This document shows, piece after piece, positions 39,457 to 52,680 of a DNA stretch of 64,000 nt (position 1 is its first letter; every line of letters starts with the position of its first letter). The stretch comes from Eledone cirrhosa. Taxonomy: Eukaryota. A program made the position numbers and the translations under genes. The notes beneath the pieces are model-generated. The model had not been told where the DNA came from. It ran no database searches and worked only from the letters and a program-made list of their open reading frames with translations. The stretch covers positions 9,920,001 to 9,984,000 of the forward strand of contig OZ024749.1 in assembly GCA_964016885.1 (NCBI GenBank), given 5' to 3'.

Positions 39457-39730
39457 ACTAGCAGTGGTACTCGGCGTTGCACGGGTTAAGGTATTATGAA
39501 ATATATAGCCACCTTAGCTAAGCTTAGTATTGCCACAACCACGGCTGGCAAAGAAGTTAGGGTGTGGTGGTACGTAAGTAAGCAACACTGTGGCTTAAAA
39601 CATGAGGAAGAAGTTGTCGGCACTTACCAACTGTTTGGGGAATGAGTGTGAGATTTGTCTTGAGCAAGGGTGGCAGAATAACCGGAGGCAACAGACAGCC
39701 AGACATACAGACAGATATTGTATATTATAG
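39457..39730 (+). mobile_element. Helentron/Lep1-like non-autonomous element
   Basis: ACTAGCAGTGGTACTCGGCGTTGCACGGG start; (CAGA)n then TATATTATAG end. Confidence 0.5.
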
Positions 39731-39914
39731 TTACGTCCCTTTACGATCTGAGTTCAAATCCTGCCGAGGTTGACTTTGCCTTTCATCCTTACGGGGTTGA
39801 TAAAATAAAGTACCAGTAATGCACTGGGTAATTGCTGGCCTTGTGCCTAAAGTAGAAACAATTATATATAAAATACAATCAATTTATTCTAAAATAACCC
39901 TTATAAGGACAAAC

Positions 39915-40105
39915 CATTCCTCTGATGATATGGCCAGTTAACTGTGAACTGTTTCGGCTAACAGTCCAGAACTAGCTGTTGAAACGGCAAGAGCTCAGCT
40001 GTGGGTCTTGACTCTTTATAATATAGCCATACTCTACTACCCCAAGTATTGAGTACTTTGTTGAGTAATGGTCTAACTAGTTTTAAATTGGTTCTATCCT
40101 GACAT
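39915..40105 (+). mobile_element. Solo PLE terminal repeat of the 47961/50165 family with hammerhead remnant
   Basis: CTGATGA (39922)...GAAA-CGGC-AAGAGCTCA-GCTG; tail ACTCTACTACCC.AAGTATTGAGTACTTTG matches the reverse complement of 48003-48032. Confidence 0.75.
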
Positions 40106-40411
40106 ATATATAAAAACACATATATATATATATACACACACACTAACATGGTACCTGTTAAAAATGACAAGGTTTATATATATATGTGATGTGTTCACAG
40201 AATGGAGACCAGGAAGAGCACAGATCAGGGTAGTCCTCGATGTATGTTTAACTTTTTAGCATTTAAGTTTGCTGTATTCAGCCAGAATTCTGTTCAAACC
40301 GGCCGTAACTAGTATTGTTCTCAAAATAAATAACATCAAAATGTCATAGATTCAACATTATGTGAGATAAAGCCTTTACCACAAAAATACAGTATTATAT
40401 ATATAGAGTAA

Positions 40412-40602
40412 AGGGGCAGTGGATTGGCAGTATCGGTAGAGGGTCGGACGCCATGCTTTGCAGCATAGAGTTACGGCCCTTTATGGTCTGAGTTCAAATC
40501 CCGCCGAGGTTAACTTTGCCTTTCATCCTTACGGGGGTCGATAAAATAAAGTACCAGTAATACACTGGGATAATTGCTGGCCTTGTGCCTAAAGTAGAAA
40601 CA
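40412..40602 (+). mobile_element. Full-length Meta-like SINE nested in a piggyBac-like MITE (40248-40640)
   Basis: 18-bp TSD ATTATATATATAGAGTAA; A box TGGCAGTATCGG, B box GAGTTCAAATCC. Confidence 0.92.
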
Positions 40603-41337
40603 ATTATATATATAGAGTAATGTAAATGGTAAAGGGTTAAATATAGAGTTTATATAGGTAATTAGTAATATCCCAACAGAGGACTAACTCTATACCAGTT
40701 ACACACACACACACATGTATGTCATCATTATAGGTATAAATGTGTATGTAATTATGTAAGATGTGCAATGTTGCATAGTAATGAGACATGGTTGTTGAAT
40801 GTGAGACAGTTTGTTAAGGCTGGAAATATACTAGCTAAGCATACTTCACTGAATGTGTGATGTTAACATACCTGAGTATGGGTGTACTGAGAGAAAAACT
40901 GATCTATAGAGGTATAGGCTGTGTGTGTGTGTGTGTGTGCAAGAGAGGGAAGTCTGTGATGGTGTCGACATGTGGTGTGTATGAAGAATGATAGTTGAGT
41001 GGGAGAACATCCAACATTTTAATTAACCTAATGTAACCTAATGAAGATGTTGGTAGAAACAGAGGTTTGATCTCATCATGATGGGCTTTAGAAAGATAAG
41101 TGGAGAGGTACTGGTGTTTTCTGTATTGAAAATGGTTGTATTGGAGAGTGGAGGTAAAAATGATGATTGTGTGTATATATATGTGTGTGTGTGTTATCGT
41201 TAAAGATCCATTTTCCACGCTAGCATTGGTTAGATGAGTTGTCCCATTAGAGGCAAATTGGGTCAGGTAACCGTGTCTTGCTCATATAAAACTGTTTCTG
41301 GCTAGGCTTCTTTAGCTGGATGCCCTTCCTAACACAT

Positions 41338-41648
41338 GTATCATCATCATTTTACGTCCGCTTTTCCCTGCTTACAAGAGTGGGACGGGAACTGATTCTA
41401 GCTTGATTTCTACAGCTGGATGCCGTTCCTAACACCAACCTCCTTTACAGTGAGTGCTGGGTGCTTTTGTTCCATGGCGCCTACACTTCCACTTTACAAT
41501 GTGGGCTGCATGCTTTTTTGCCGTGGCACCTCCACGACCACTTTGCAGTGGAATGATAGGGACCCCAGTCCCTATCATCTCATTTTTACAGCTGAGTAAA
41601 CTGGAGCAATGTGAAATAAAGTGTCTTGCTCAAGGAAACAACACATCA
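41338..41648 (-). mobile_element. CORE-like SINE with RTE tail, head truncated
   Basis: Near-identical to the reverse complement of 42715-43030. Confidence 0.85.
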
Positions 41649-42639
41649 CACACACACACACACACACACATATACATATACATACAATTGTAGAAAGCTC
41701 ACCAAACAAACAGTTGGGAGGACCATTCAGTTGTGTCAAGGACATGACAACCTCCCTAGTGCTGGTGGTCTACATGATAAGAGCACACCGTACATATTGT
41801 TAAGTGATTGGTGTTAGGTAGGGCATCCAGCCATAGAAAGTTTGCCAGATGTGAGGTGCAGATTCATTGGCCTGTCTGGAAGGTCAGTAGAGACGTCCAA
41901 CCCTTGTTAGCAGATGTTAAGTGATGATATATATAATATGTGTGTGAAGGTGCATTGCCTAGGGCTTACAATCATAATGCTATGCGTTCGATCTCTGGAT
42001 GAGGTTGTGTGTTGTGTTCTTGAGCAAAATACTTCATTTTACGTTGCTCCAGTACAGCTGAAAATGAATACAAACAGTTGCTCGGGGTTTAATCCTGTGA
42101 TGGACTGGTGACCTGTCCTGGGGGAAATCTTGTATTCTCAGTTACTAAACACCAAGGAAACTGGGATAAGCAACAGGCTGATAAACCTCTGGAATTGAGA
42201 CAGCTTTAAACTTTAGATGTGTGTGTATATATATATATATATAAGGAGCGTGACAAGTGGAAAGATGCTGTACTGAATAGGACTCGTGTCACAATTGCAA
42301 GCAGGGAAAAGCGGATGTAAAATGATGATGATACATACATCAAATGAAAAAAACTGAATTAAAGACTCACGTTAATCCCCTGTAATTTTATGAGCTCATG
42401 GAATAATTTCCGAGCTTTTCATATTACAGTATATATGTTTTCTCTCCTCTTTGTAACTGAAAACATACCCTTTTTTGTGTTTTCTTCTCTATATACTGTA
42501 TACGTCGTCATCATCATCATCATCGTTTAACGCCTATCTTCCACGCTAGCATGGGTTAGACGAGGAATTGTCTCACTTGAGGCAAGATTGATCGGCGGAT
42601 GACCGTGTCTCACTCATGTAGGACTATATATATATATAT

Positions 42640-43030
42640 GGAGGCACATGGCTTAGTGGTTAGAGCATTGGCTTTGCAATCGAAAGGTTGTGAGTTAAAT
42701 TCTCAGAGCAGGTGATATGTTGTTTCCTTGAGCAAGACACTTTATTTCACATTGCTCCAGTTTACTCAGCTGTAGAAATGAGATGATAGGGACTGAGGTC
42801 CCTATCATTCCACTGTAAAGTGGTCGTGGAGGTGCCACGGCACAAAAGCACCCAGCCCACACTGTAAAGTGGACGTGTAGGCGCCACGGGAAAAAAGGAC
42901 CCAGCACTCGCTGTAAATGAGGTTAGTGTTAGGAAGGGCATCCAGCTGTAGAAATCAAGCCAGAATCAGTTCCCGTCCCACTCTTGCAAGCAGGGAAAGG
43001 CAGACGTAAAATGATGATGATGATGATGAT
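42640..43030 (+). mobile_element. Full-length CORE-like tRNA SINE with RTE-derived tail and (GAT)n
   Basis: GGAGGCACATGGCTTAGTGGTTAGAGC head, CORE-like block, GGAAGGGCATCCAGC..., (GAT)n. Confidence 0.9.
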
Positions 43031-43187
43031 GGTGGCGGCGGCGGCGGCCATCATCATCAGCTGGATGCCCTTCCTAACACTAACTTCATTTGCAGTGAGT
43101 GCCGGGTGCTTTTTTCCCGTGGCGCCTACATGTCCACTTTACAGTGTGGGCTGGGTGCTTTTGTGCCGTGGCACCTCCACGACCACG

Positions 43188-44500
43188 CTTGCATGGGTTT
43201 GGACGGGAGTTTTCCCACTTGAGGCAAGAGTGATTGTCTTGCTCGCATAGGACTGTCTGGCGGGTTTTCTACAGCTGGATGTGTTTTTTGTCGTGACACC
43301 TACACGATCTCATTTGTTTCGGCCTGGATGTTGTGGTACCAACATAACTTTACATTGAAAGGGGCGGTGGGGGTGGTGGGATGGGGGTGTATTTTGTTAG
43401 AGATGCCTACTGACTGTAGTAGGTTTTACTTTGTATTTAGGTAAGGCGGGTCTTCTCTATTACTGAGTACCGCCAAAGATCTCGGTCCAGTGACATTGTC
43501 TTGGAGAGGTGTAAGTGTGTGAGGTCGGAATTTATCAGCTCGTCCCAGGTTTTTCTGGGTCTGCTTACTCCGTGGCTACCGTCTATCTTTATTGCCCTGC
43601 ACTTTGTTATACAGCTGTCATCTTTCATGTGCATCACGTGACCATACCAACGTAGCCTTCTCTCTAGTAAACAACATCTGATCCTTCTAATTTTTTCCTT
43701 AGTTCGTTTATGCTTTGCCGTTCGCATATATTACTATTACACATCCAGCGGAGCATGCAAGCTTCGTTCCTCTTTAGTCTGCGTATATCCTCTGCACACA
43801 ATGCCCAGGTCTCACTGCCATGCAACATTGCTGTTCGTATGCAGGCATCATACAACCTGCCTTTCATTTTTAGGGAGAACCCTTTAGCGGCTAATAGTGG
43901 TATAAGCTCTCTGAACTTTTTCCATCCAGTTCTGACTCTAGCTACTGTACTTTCAGAGCACCCTCCCCCACTGCTGATTTTGTCACCCAGGTAACGGAAG
44001 CTGTCCACTATTTCTATAGAACCCTCTGTGCAATTGAAAAAGCTAGTATTTTGTGGGCACTTGCTGCCACTTATTGCACCAGAGCACCGGCCACATGTAA
44101 AATCTATGTTCTTAGTTAGTTTACCTGTGATCCCACTACATCTTTTATGCACCCATACTTTGCATTTGGGACATAAAATGGAGTTTCTACCTACGCCTTT
44201 CCTACACACTGAGCATGGCCATTTCCGGCACCTTATTTTCTTTCCTACAAACTAGAACTTTAGTCTTCGCCAGGTTAATTTTAAGGCCTTTTGATTCTAG
44301 GCCATGCTTCCATGTTTGGAATTTCTTCTCTAGCTCGGCCATTGATTCAGCTACGAGCGTTAGATCATCTGCGTATAGGAGTTCCCATGGGCAGCCGGTC
44401 TTGAACTCCACCGTTATAGCCTGAAGGGCAATAATAAATAGTAGGGGGCTAAGAACAGAGCCCTGATGAACACCAACTTTTACACTAAACTCTTCACTAT
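43188..44500 (-). mobile_element. 5'-truncated RTE LINE, RT C-half with Cys-rich (PHD-like) insert, frameshifted
   Basis: VGVHQGSVLSPLLF, ELLYADDL, CSVCRKGVGRNSILCPKCKVWVHKRC..CGRC, FRYLG, RLRWYGHV. Confidence 0.93.
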
Positions 44501-44725
44501 ATTTGTTGATGATATGTATATATATATATATATAGTTTAGAACAAGTCCGACGAGCTTTTGATTTGAGCCATATTGATATAGATCGAGCCTTGAGCTGAT
44601 CAATTGAGAAACGTCACACCTCAATAAATGATCTAGCACCTCATCCATGTTATTATCATTTGTGTGTGTCTGTATATACATATATATGTGTGTGTGTGTA
44701 CATTATGTATATATTTTAATTTTGA

Positions 44726-45124
<399 letters not shown>

Positions 45125-47059
45125 TAACCCTTTTCTGTTCAGGTTTTTAATGAAATATACTGACCTGGCTCTGCCTGGCTGTTTCAATTATTAATCAAGA
45201 TGTTGCTGTGATTTAGTATAACTTTTCCACTATTAGGCTGATTGACTTAGGAAGACGTTTCATCATCATCATCGTTTAACATCTATCTTCCACGCTAGCA
45301 TGGGTTAGACAAGAATTGTCCCACTTGAGGCAAGATTGATCCAGTGACCGTGTCTCGCTCGTATAGGACTATCTGGCAGGTTTTCTACGGCCGGATGCCA
45401 TTCCTACCGTGTGTACTGGGAGCTTTTTGTCGTGACACCTACACGATCTCATTAGTTTGAACTGGATGTTGTTGTACCAACATACCTTTATATAGAAGTT
45501 GAATACTTTAACCCTTTAGCATTTAAACTGGCCATATCCGACCAGAAACCTCTTTCTGTTCAAACTGGCCATAACTGGCCACTCATACTGATAAGCTATT
45601 GTTCTCAAAATAAATATCAAAATCTCATAGATTCAATATTATGTGAGGTAAAGCCTTTACTGCAAAAAAACAATATATATATATAATGTAAATGGTAAAG
45701 GGTTAAAATGAGGGGGCAATTTCAGGTGGGTTGATACCAAAAGGGTTAATTATAGAATAATTGTATTCCATTTTTTTTTTTATAACCCATCTAATCCATG
45801 CAGGTGTGGAAAACTAGACATTAAATGATGATTATTAAACACCAGTTTAATGATAATTATAGTAGTCTTGTTGAGTAGACCTTTGGCACACATACATATT
45901 GATTAAACTCAGTATTATGTTGATATATATTGATTTCTAATTTAGGCATAAAGCCAGCAAATTTGGGATTGGAGGAGAGGAAAATTTGATTAAATCAACT
46001 TCAGTACTTAACTGCTACTTTATTTTATCAAGCTCTGAAGGATGAAAGGCAAAGTTGACCTCAGTCAGATTTGAACACAGAATGTAGAAAGTCATAATTA
46101 AATACCACAAAGTATTTTATTTTATCTGCTGCTCTACTGATACTGCTAATCCACTGTTTTTAAATTGATATATATATATATTGATCTGTGCATAGACATC
46201 CAAGCTTGGTGGCCATGTTGTTCTAAAGTGTAACCTCATTTTTAAGAATGCAGTGAGTTTGCTTAATGGGCTTCAGCTGGCCTCCCATATCATAGAACAA
46301 CAGCAATTACAAGACGCTCTTGAAAATATATTAATCATAAAATCTGTATAAATCTTTGAATTGACAGAATTATAAAACCAATGCTTAACCCTTTTAGCAT
46401 TAAAACTGGCTGTATCCAACCAGTATTCTCTCACCTCTTTCTGTTCAAACTGGCTGTAACCGACTGCTCATACTGATGTTATGGTATTGTTCTCAAAAAT
46501 AAATAATATCAAAATCTCATAGATTCGATATTATGTGAGATAGACCCAACTTCCCACAGGCCGAAGCTGAAGCATATATACAGTATACCCTGCCCCACCC
46601 CACCCCACACACACCCCACCCTTCCACTGTATAGAGGTCATGTAAGTATGATGACGAAAAGCACCCAGTCCCCACTGTAAAGTGGTCGTGTAAGTGTCAT
46701 GACAAAAGGCACCCAGTACTCACTGTAAATGAGGTTGGCGTTAGGAAGGGCATCTAGCTGTAGAAACCAAGCCAAAATCAGTTCTGTATAAGCAAAGCAT
46801 GGTCATCTGACCTAGCATTGCCCATAAAAGGACAACTTGTCTAACCCATGCTAGCATGAAAGAATGAATGTAAAACAGTGATGATGATAAAGTCTTTACC
46901 ATGAAAATACAATAGTAAATATAGAGTAATGTAAATGTTAAAGGGTTAAATCATTATAAAAGGAATTGTTTTTGCTTTATTTTGTGGCTGTGCCCACCAG
47001 TTCAATCACTGTGACACTAAAGGTAAATGTGGTGAGAGATTGGATGGAAAGGAGATGAC

Positions 47060-47262
47060 TGTTGACAGGACAACCTCTCTAATGTTGGTGATATGCTTGG
47101 ACGACAAGACAACCTCTCTAATGTTGGTGACATGCTTGGATGACAGGACAACCTCTCTAATGTTGGTGACATGCTTGGATGACAAGACAACCTCTCTAAT
47201 GTTGATGACATGCTTGAATGACAGGACAACCTCTCTATTGTTGGTGACATGCTTGAATGACC
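47060..47262. repeat. Minisatellite of 33-bp unit GACARGACAACCTCTCTAATGTTGGTGACATGCTTGGAT-type
   Basis: About 5-6 tandem copies; unit resembles the GACAACCTCCCTAGTGCTGGTG retroposon segment at 41745. Confidence 0.8.
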
Positions 47263-47960
47263 TCAATGACCTCTGTAAAGTGGTTGACAAATGGACTAAG
47301 ACTGTGGAGGACTGACAATCTCTCTAGTGTTAGTGTCATAATAAACTACACCCAGTACACTGTAAAGTGATAGTGCCATAGTAAAATGCAGCCAATGCAC
47401 TCTTTGAAGTTGTTGGCATTAGGAAGGGCATCCATCCATAGAAACTGTGCCATCCCATGCTCAACCTGTCCAACCTATGGTAAACAGGCATAAAATTAAA
47501 ATTTCCACCATCATCACCACCACCCCTTTGTTTTTTTTTTGTTTTTTTCTTAGTCATTAAATTTCAGGAGGATTGACTGAGGGTTTTAGTTTAGTCTTGT
47601 GTTCTCAATTACTTATCATTCATGACACCAAGGTAATCTGCCTTTGTCTAACACCCATTTACACATGGAAAACCAGACATAAAACATGAACTCTATCTCT
47701 TTTAGTTTTTACCAATTTATTTCATATAGAGAAAAACATTATTATTGTTATATAATTTGACATTAGGAAGGGCATTTAGTCATAGAAACTTGTCTAACCC
47801 ATGTTAACAGAAAGAATAGACATTAAACGAGGATGTTAATAATATGAAATCAAATCAAAATTCCTGTTAGTTTTCTTCATTCTTCAGATTCAAAATCTGG
47901 AGAGAACTGATTTAAATTTTTTTTTTCCTTTTCTTTTTACTAATATATATATATATATAT

Positions 47961-50356
47961 AACGAAGGAAATGTGGTAAGGAACCAGATGGACCATAACG
48001 CACCAAAGTACTCAATACTTAGGGTAGTAGAGTGGGTAATAGGAACAAGTAGGACCCCGACGGCTAAGCTCAAGCCGTTTTGACGGCTAATTCTGGACTA
48101 AATGAAAATTTTTAGCCTGGTAAGTGAATAGCCGAACTTCTCAGGGGGTAATTCCATATATGGTAAAAGTGATTGTCACAAGGATTGGTCAAAAGTTTGT
48201 TGTTAAGACACATGATTCTATCATGGCATTTTGTCCGCTAATGAGCAGATATTCGAGGAACATGCGCCTTATTACAACCAGGCCCTCAAGTGGAGTGTCT
48301 TCCAGGAGGAAATATCCTATTATCCAGCTTCCATTAGCGGAACCAGCAGGCGACACCGCCGCTCACGCAATGTAACATGGTACAATCCTCCCCACAATGC
48401 CGAGGTGACAACACCTATCGGGAAAATCTTCTTTAGACTCATCGAAAAACACTTCCCACTACAACACCGCTACCACAACATAATCAACAAAAATACCATC
48501 AAACTCTCCTACAGCACCACACCTAACTTTGCACAAAACATCGTCTCCTCTAACAACAAAAAACTCAACCCCTATGGAAGAAATAACCTAGATAGCAGTG
48601 GAGAGCCGACCAGGAGGTGTAACTGTCCTGATGGATCCCTTTGCCCCCTCGACAACAGATGCAGAGATCGTAATGTGATCTACCAGTGCAACGTGAGGAC
48701 GGACACCTCCAACAAAGCTTATATAGGATTAGCCGTGTGACTTCAAGACCCGGCTATACCAACACAGACATACTTTCCGAAACCCGGTCCGGCGTCACGC
48801 CACTACACTTTCGGGCCACATCTGGGACCTTAAAGATAATAATATAACACTTGGAGCTTACTGTCCAGAGCCAACTCTTACACAGGAGGACGCCGTCCGT
48901 GTAACTTATGCTCGGAGGAAACTTTACAAATGCTGTTTTCGAAGGACCAACTCCTAAACAAGAAAGACGAACTGGTAACTGCATGCAAACACAGATTGCG
49001 TAGGACTTACCTCGCCCTCAAACCCCATAATGACCCGGGGGGGGGGGGGGGGGTAGGCAAGGGCTGAAACACCCCACTTGCCGACTTTGTAAGGGGTAAC
49101 CCCTGCTTACAAAGGTAGACGTAACTTTTTTATATATTTTTTATTGTTTCCTCTATATTTCCTTCTTCCCCCATCCCTTCCTAGTCCTTCCACCCCAGAT
49201 CTCCTTCTTTGTCGTCATTCTTTCCACCTTCGGTCCTCTGTAGCCTCAGTACCCCCACCCCCCTTATTTTATGATAGAATTGGCCGATTCCGCTTTTTAT
49301 AGCAGACTTGCTAGACCCCAGATACTTGCTCTCTTCTCTGGTTGCTGCCCCATTTCTGTGATTTCTAGATTTCTTAGTGATATTTCTGCTTTAGTTTCTC
49401 GTATATCAGTATTTATTTTTGGGGATTCTGAATTAATATTTCGTATTAGTTCTTCATATATATTGTACGAGTATTTATGTAGATTGTATTAGAATTTATG
49501 TATTGTAGCAGGATTTATATATATTGTATGAGTATTTATGTAGATTGTATTAGAATTTATGTATTGTAGCAGGATTTATATATATTGTATTAGTTTTTTG
49601 TTTTTTTTTATAAATATTGTATGAGTATTTATGTAGATTGTATTAGAATTTATGTATTGTAGCAGTACTTATATATATTGTATTAGTATTCACGTTTCGG
49701 GAGTCTGAATTAATATTTATTAGTTTCAGGATTCTGAATTAATATTTCATATTAGGTTCTTTTTAGTGTGTTGGCCCTCAACTTGTTGACCCGTCATTGT
49801 AAGATAGCATTGGCCGATTACTACTAACTATTGTAGTGAAAGAATTTTATGAGGCCATCATTCTTTCACTGCAATTCTTGTTTTTAGTATTCCTTCCCAC
49901 TTATTAAACTCTTCTATAGCTTAGCAGTACCAATGAGAGATTTGATGATTGTGGAAGGGGACTAGTAACAAGAAATTCTTTTTTATATATTTACTCCCTT
50001 TTAGATTTACTTATTGTTTCAACCCCCCCCCCCCCTTCTCTAGTATACTTTTTCGACACTATCCTTAGAATCTGCTGCAGTTTTCACTTTCAACGCTTGA
50101 CTGGGTTTCCTCCACTCCCTCTCCCTCTTTCTTCTACTGGCAAGTTCAGCTACCCCTACCTTCCATAAAATGCCATGATAGAATCATGTCTTAACAAACT
50201 TTTGACCAATCCTTGTGATAATCACTTTTACCTTATATGGAATTACCCCCTGAGAAGTTCGGCTATTCACTTACCAGGCTAAAAATGTTCATTTAGTCCA
50301 GAATTAGCCGTCGAAACGGCTTGAGCTCAGCCGTTGGGGTCCTACTTGTTCCTATA
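47961..50356 (+). mobile_element. 5'-truncated Naiad-like PLE with inverted 5' terminal repeat (47961-48232) and direct 3' terminal repeat (50166-50356), in (TA)n
   Basis: WYNPP..KHFP..NTIKLSYS..CNC..CPL..C..VIYQ..YIG, then frameshifted FKTRL..H..LSGHIWDLKD, CNLC.EE, LLNKK.EL..CKH; 48040-48232 is the reverse complement of 50166-50356. Confidence 0.85.
50245..50340 (+). ncRNA. Type-I hammerhead-like motif with variant core CTGAGAAG
   Basis: Stem I ACCCC/GGGGT, stem II CGGCTA/TAGCCG, GAAA-CGGCT-TGAGCTC-AGCCG-TT; the inverted copy has GTC at the cleavage site. Confidence 0.7.
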
Positions 50357-50519
50357 TATATAAAAGATTATATAAAAATTATAAAAATAATTTTTATAAT
50401 TTTTATATAATCTTTTCTATATATTTTTTATTATGTATATTTTCCGTTATTTTCCCAGCCTCACTTCTGTTTTTTAATAGATTTCAAATCTCATTTCATA
50501 ACTCCTATTCATAACATCT

Positions 50520-50620
50520 CTATCTGATGAATGATCTAGACGTATATTAATATTGTTTGGGGTCCTGAAACCTTTTGTATTGGAGTAGTTATATATTGTG
50601 TTGTTCACTTTCTAATTATA
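50520..50620 (+). mobile_element. Solo PLE-like terminal repeat with hammerhead core (family of 21363-21553)
   Basis: CTGATGA (50524)...GAAACCTTTTGTATTGGAGTAGTTATATATTGTGTTGTT then (TA)n. Confidence 0.65.
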
Positions 50621-50638
50621 TATATATATATATGTATG

Positions 50639-50697
<59 letters not shown>

Positions 50698-51579
50698 ATT
50701 ATCACAAAACAATTCTAGAATGATTTGTATAAAAATTAGATTTCTTATCAACAGGAGGGAAAAAATATATGTAAATAATTAAAATCATTGGACTGCAATG
50801 TAGTTCTTCCTTTGTGTTATTGATTCTTCCAGGAATTATTCCCAGCAGATTTCTGTATGTGGGTGTAGATGTTTGAGAGAGGGATGGGGGAAGGGTTGAT
50901 GTGATAATTAAATTTAGTGCGATGTTAGCTTCAATTTATTGAAAATTTTTACTGATTACACAGTGCTGTATATGTTTTCTATTGAATGCATGTGTCAGTA
51001 TGTTTGTCTTTGTGTGCCTGTATGTGTGTGTGTCAGAGAGAGTGAGAGAAAAGCATGAGTTTGGAATCTGGTTTCAAGAAATGGAGTTATTTTCTTCTGT
51101 CAATCAATAGTAACTGAACGATGTATCATTCATTGCTTTATATGTGTGTATGTGTCTAAATCTAAATGTTTGTGTGTGTATGTGTCTAAATCTAAATGTT
51201 TGTGTGTATATGTCAGAGTTTTTGTTTTGATTGGCAAACATATTGGGATTTTCTATTGTTTGTGTGTATATATATGTTATGTGAGGGAACATGTGGCTTA
51301 ATAGTTAGGGTGCTGGGCTCATAATTGTAAGGTCAGTTATTTCATTCCCAGACTAAGCAGCACATTGTGTCCTTGATCAAGACACTTTATTTTGCATTTC
51401 TCCAGTCACTCAGTTGGACTACATCACATAAAAAAGTTTAATCTATGCTACAATGATTTAACCCCTAGTAAAGATACTATAAACATATGAATTAACCCAT
51501 TTTTTAAAGCATTTTGTGCTAAGTCATTACAAGATATTAAGAGTGAATGAAATAAGAATTATAAAATCATCACAAATAT

Positions 51580-51787
51580 AATTTGGCCGTGTAGGTAACA
51601 TGGTAAAAACCTCCCAGTCCACACTGTAAACGTGGTTGGTGTTAGGAAGGGCATCCAGCCGTAAAACACCCACCAGACAGTCCTATACGAGCAAGACAAC
51701 CAATCTTGCCTCAAGTTGGAAAATTCCCGTCCAAACCCATGCTAGTGTGGAAGATGGATGTTAAACGATGATGATGATGATGATGAT
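51580..51787 (+). mobile_element. RTE 3' UTR fragment with (GAT)n tail
   Basis: Matches 17640-17855. Confidence 0.85.
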
Positions 51788-51797
51788 ATATATACAT

Positions 51798-51984
51798 ACA
51801 TTAAATATAATACAAAACACTTAATTATATCATAATTTAATTTACACGTTTCATCCTAATGGGTACGTTGTTTTTAGATGAGGTGAATCTGTTAAGGTAT
51901 CTATATCTTCATTCCGAGTCTCGTTAGGATGGAACATAAATTAAATTATGATATAATTAACTGTTTGGTATTATATTTAATGTA
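51798..51984. repeat. Fold-back inverted repeat (~65-bp arms)
   Basis: Arms are reverse complements; left arm reads GAAACGTGTA on the minus strand. Confidence 0.75.
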
Positions 51985-52269
51985 AAATTTGCTCTACATG
52001 TGGATAAACTTTCAGATTAGGAATTTATAATAGTGTATGTAGTGAAGTTATAGGAAATATTTTTCTATAATTTCGCTTGCTCACAATTACTCACTCAATA
52101 CAGTCTAAACATATAAGTGAGCTAACTACTCTCAGAATAGAGACAAAATGTGTATTTGTAATGGAGTGGTTGCACATGGTCCATATATATAGTTTAGGTT
52201 ATTCAGTAATTTTGTTGCTTACTGGAGGTGGTAGCAATGTGGCCACTCAATGCTATAGCAAAGGTTATC

Positions 52270-52462
52270 TATTAAGTTTGATATGACAAGGTTTCAATTC
52301 AAAATGCTTTTATTGAATATTGACCATTCCATATGTTTCTGAGGTGCAGATCGATAGTGGAGTCAGGTCTATCATATCGATAAAGATCTCTAAACATGTG
52401 TAACGATCAATATTCAATGAAAGCATTTTAAAGTGAAACTTCAGCATATCAAACCTTAATAT
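52270..52462. repeat. Fold-back inverted repeat (~70-bp diverged arms)
   Basis: TATTAAGTTTGATATG..AAAATGCTTT..ATTGAATATTGA..ATGTTT mirrored at 52391-52462. Confidence 0.7.
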
Positions 52463-52482
52463 ATCTATATACAGATATATAA

Positions 52483-52516
<34 letters not shown>

Positions 52517-52636
52517 AGTTTTGTTTTTTGTTTTTCTCATGTTAATGTATATTTTATACATGTAAAATATAAAGAAAACCATTTTTTTTCTCACAATGCT
52601 CTGACTAATTTGCTTTTTCCAAATACATCTCTGCAG

Positions 52637-52680
52637 ACTTTAGCCAATGCTGTTGTGAAAGTCGTTATCCCCACAGAAAG
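52637..52680 (+). CDS. U2SURP: U2SURP coding exon
   Basis: CTGCAG|TLANAVVKVVIPTE(R)|GTATAC; human TLSQAIVKVVIPTER. Confidence 0.93.

Noticed and set aside
42640-42715. tRNA gene-like sequence
   Set aside because: It is the SINE head, continuing into CORE-like and RTE tail sequence in several copies
48735-48745. TGA ending the Naiad-like ORF as possible selenocysteine
   Set aside because: It is not at a conserved Cys. Homology (DFKTRL..H) resumes in another frame, so it is a frameshift; the conserved Cys codons here are TGT/TGC
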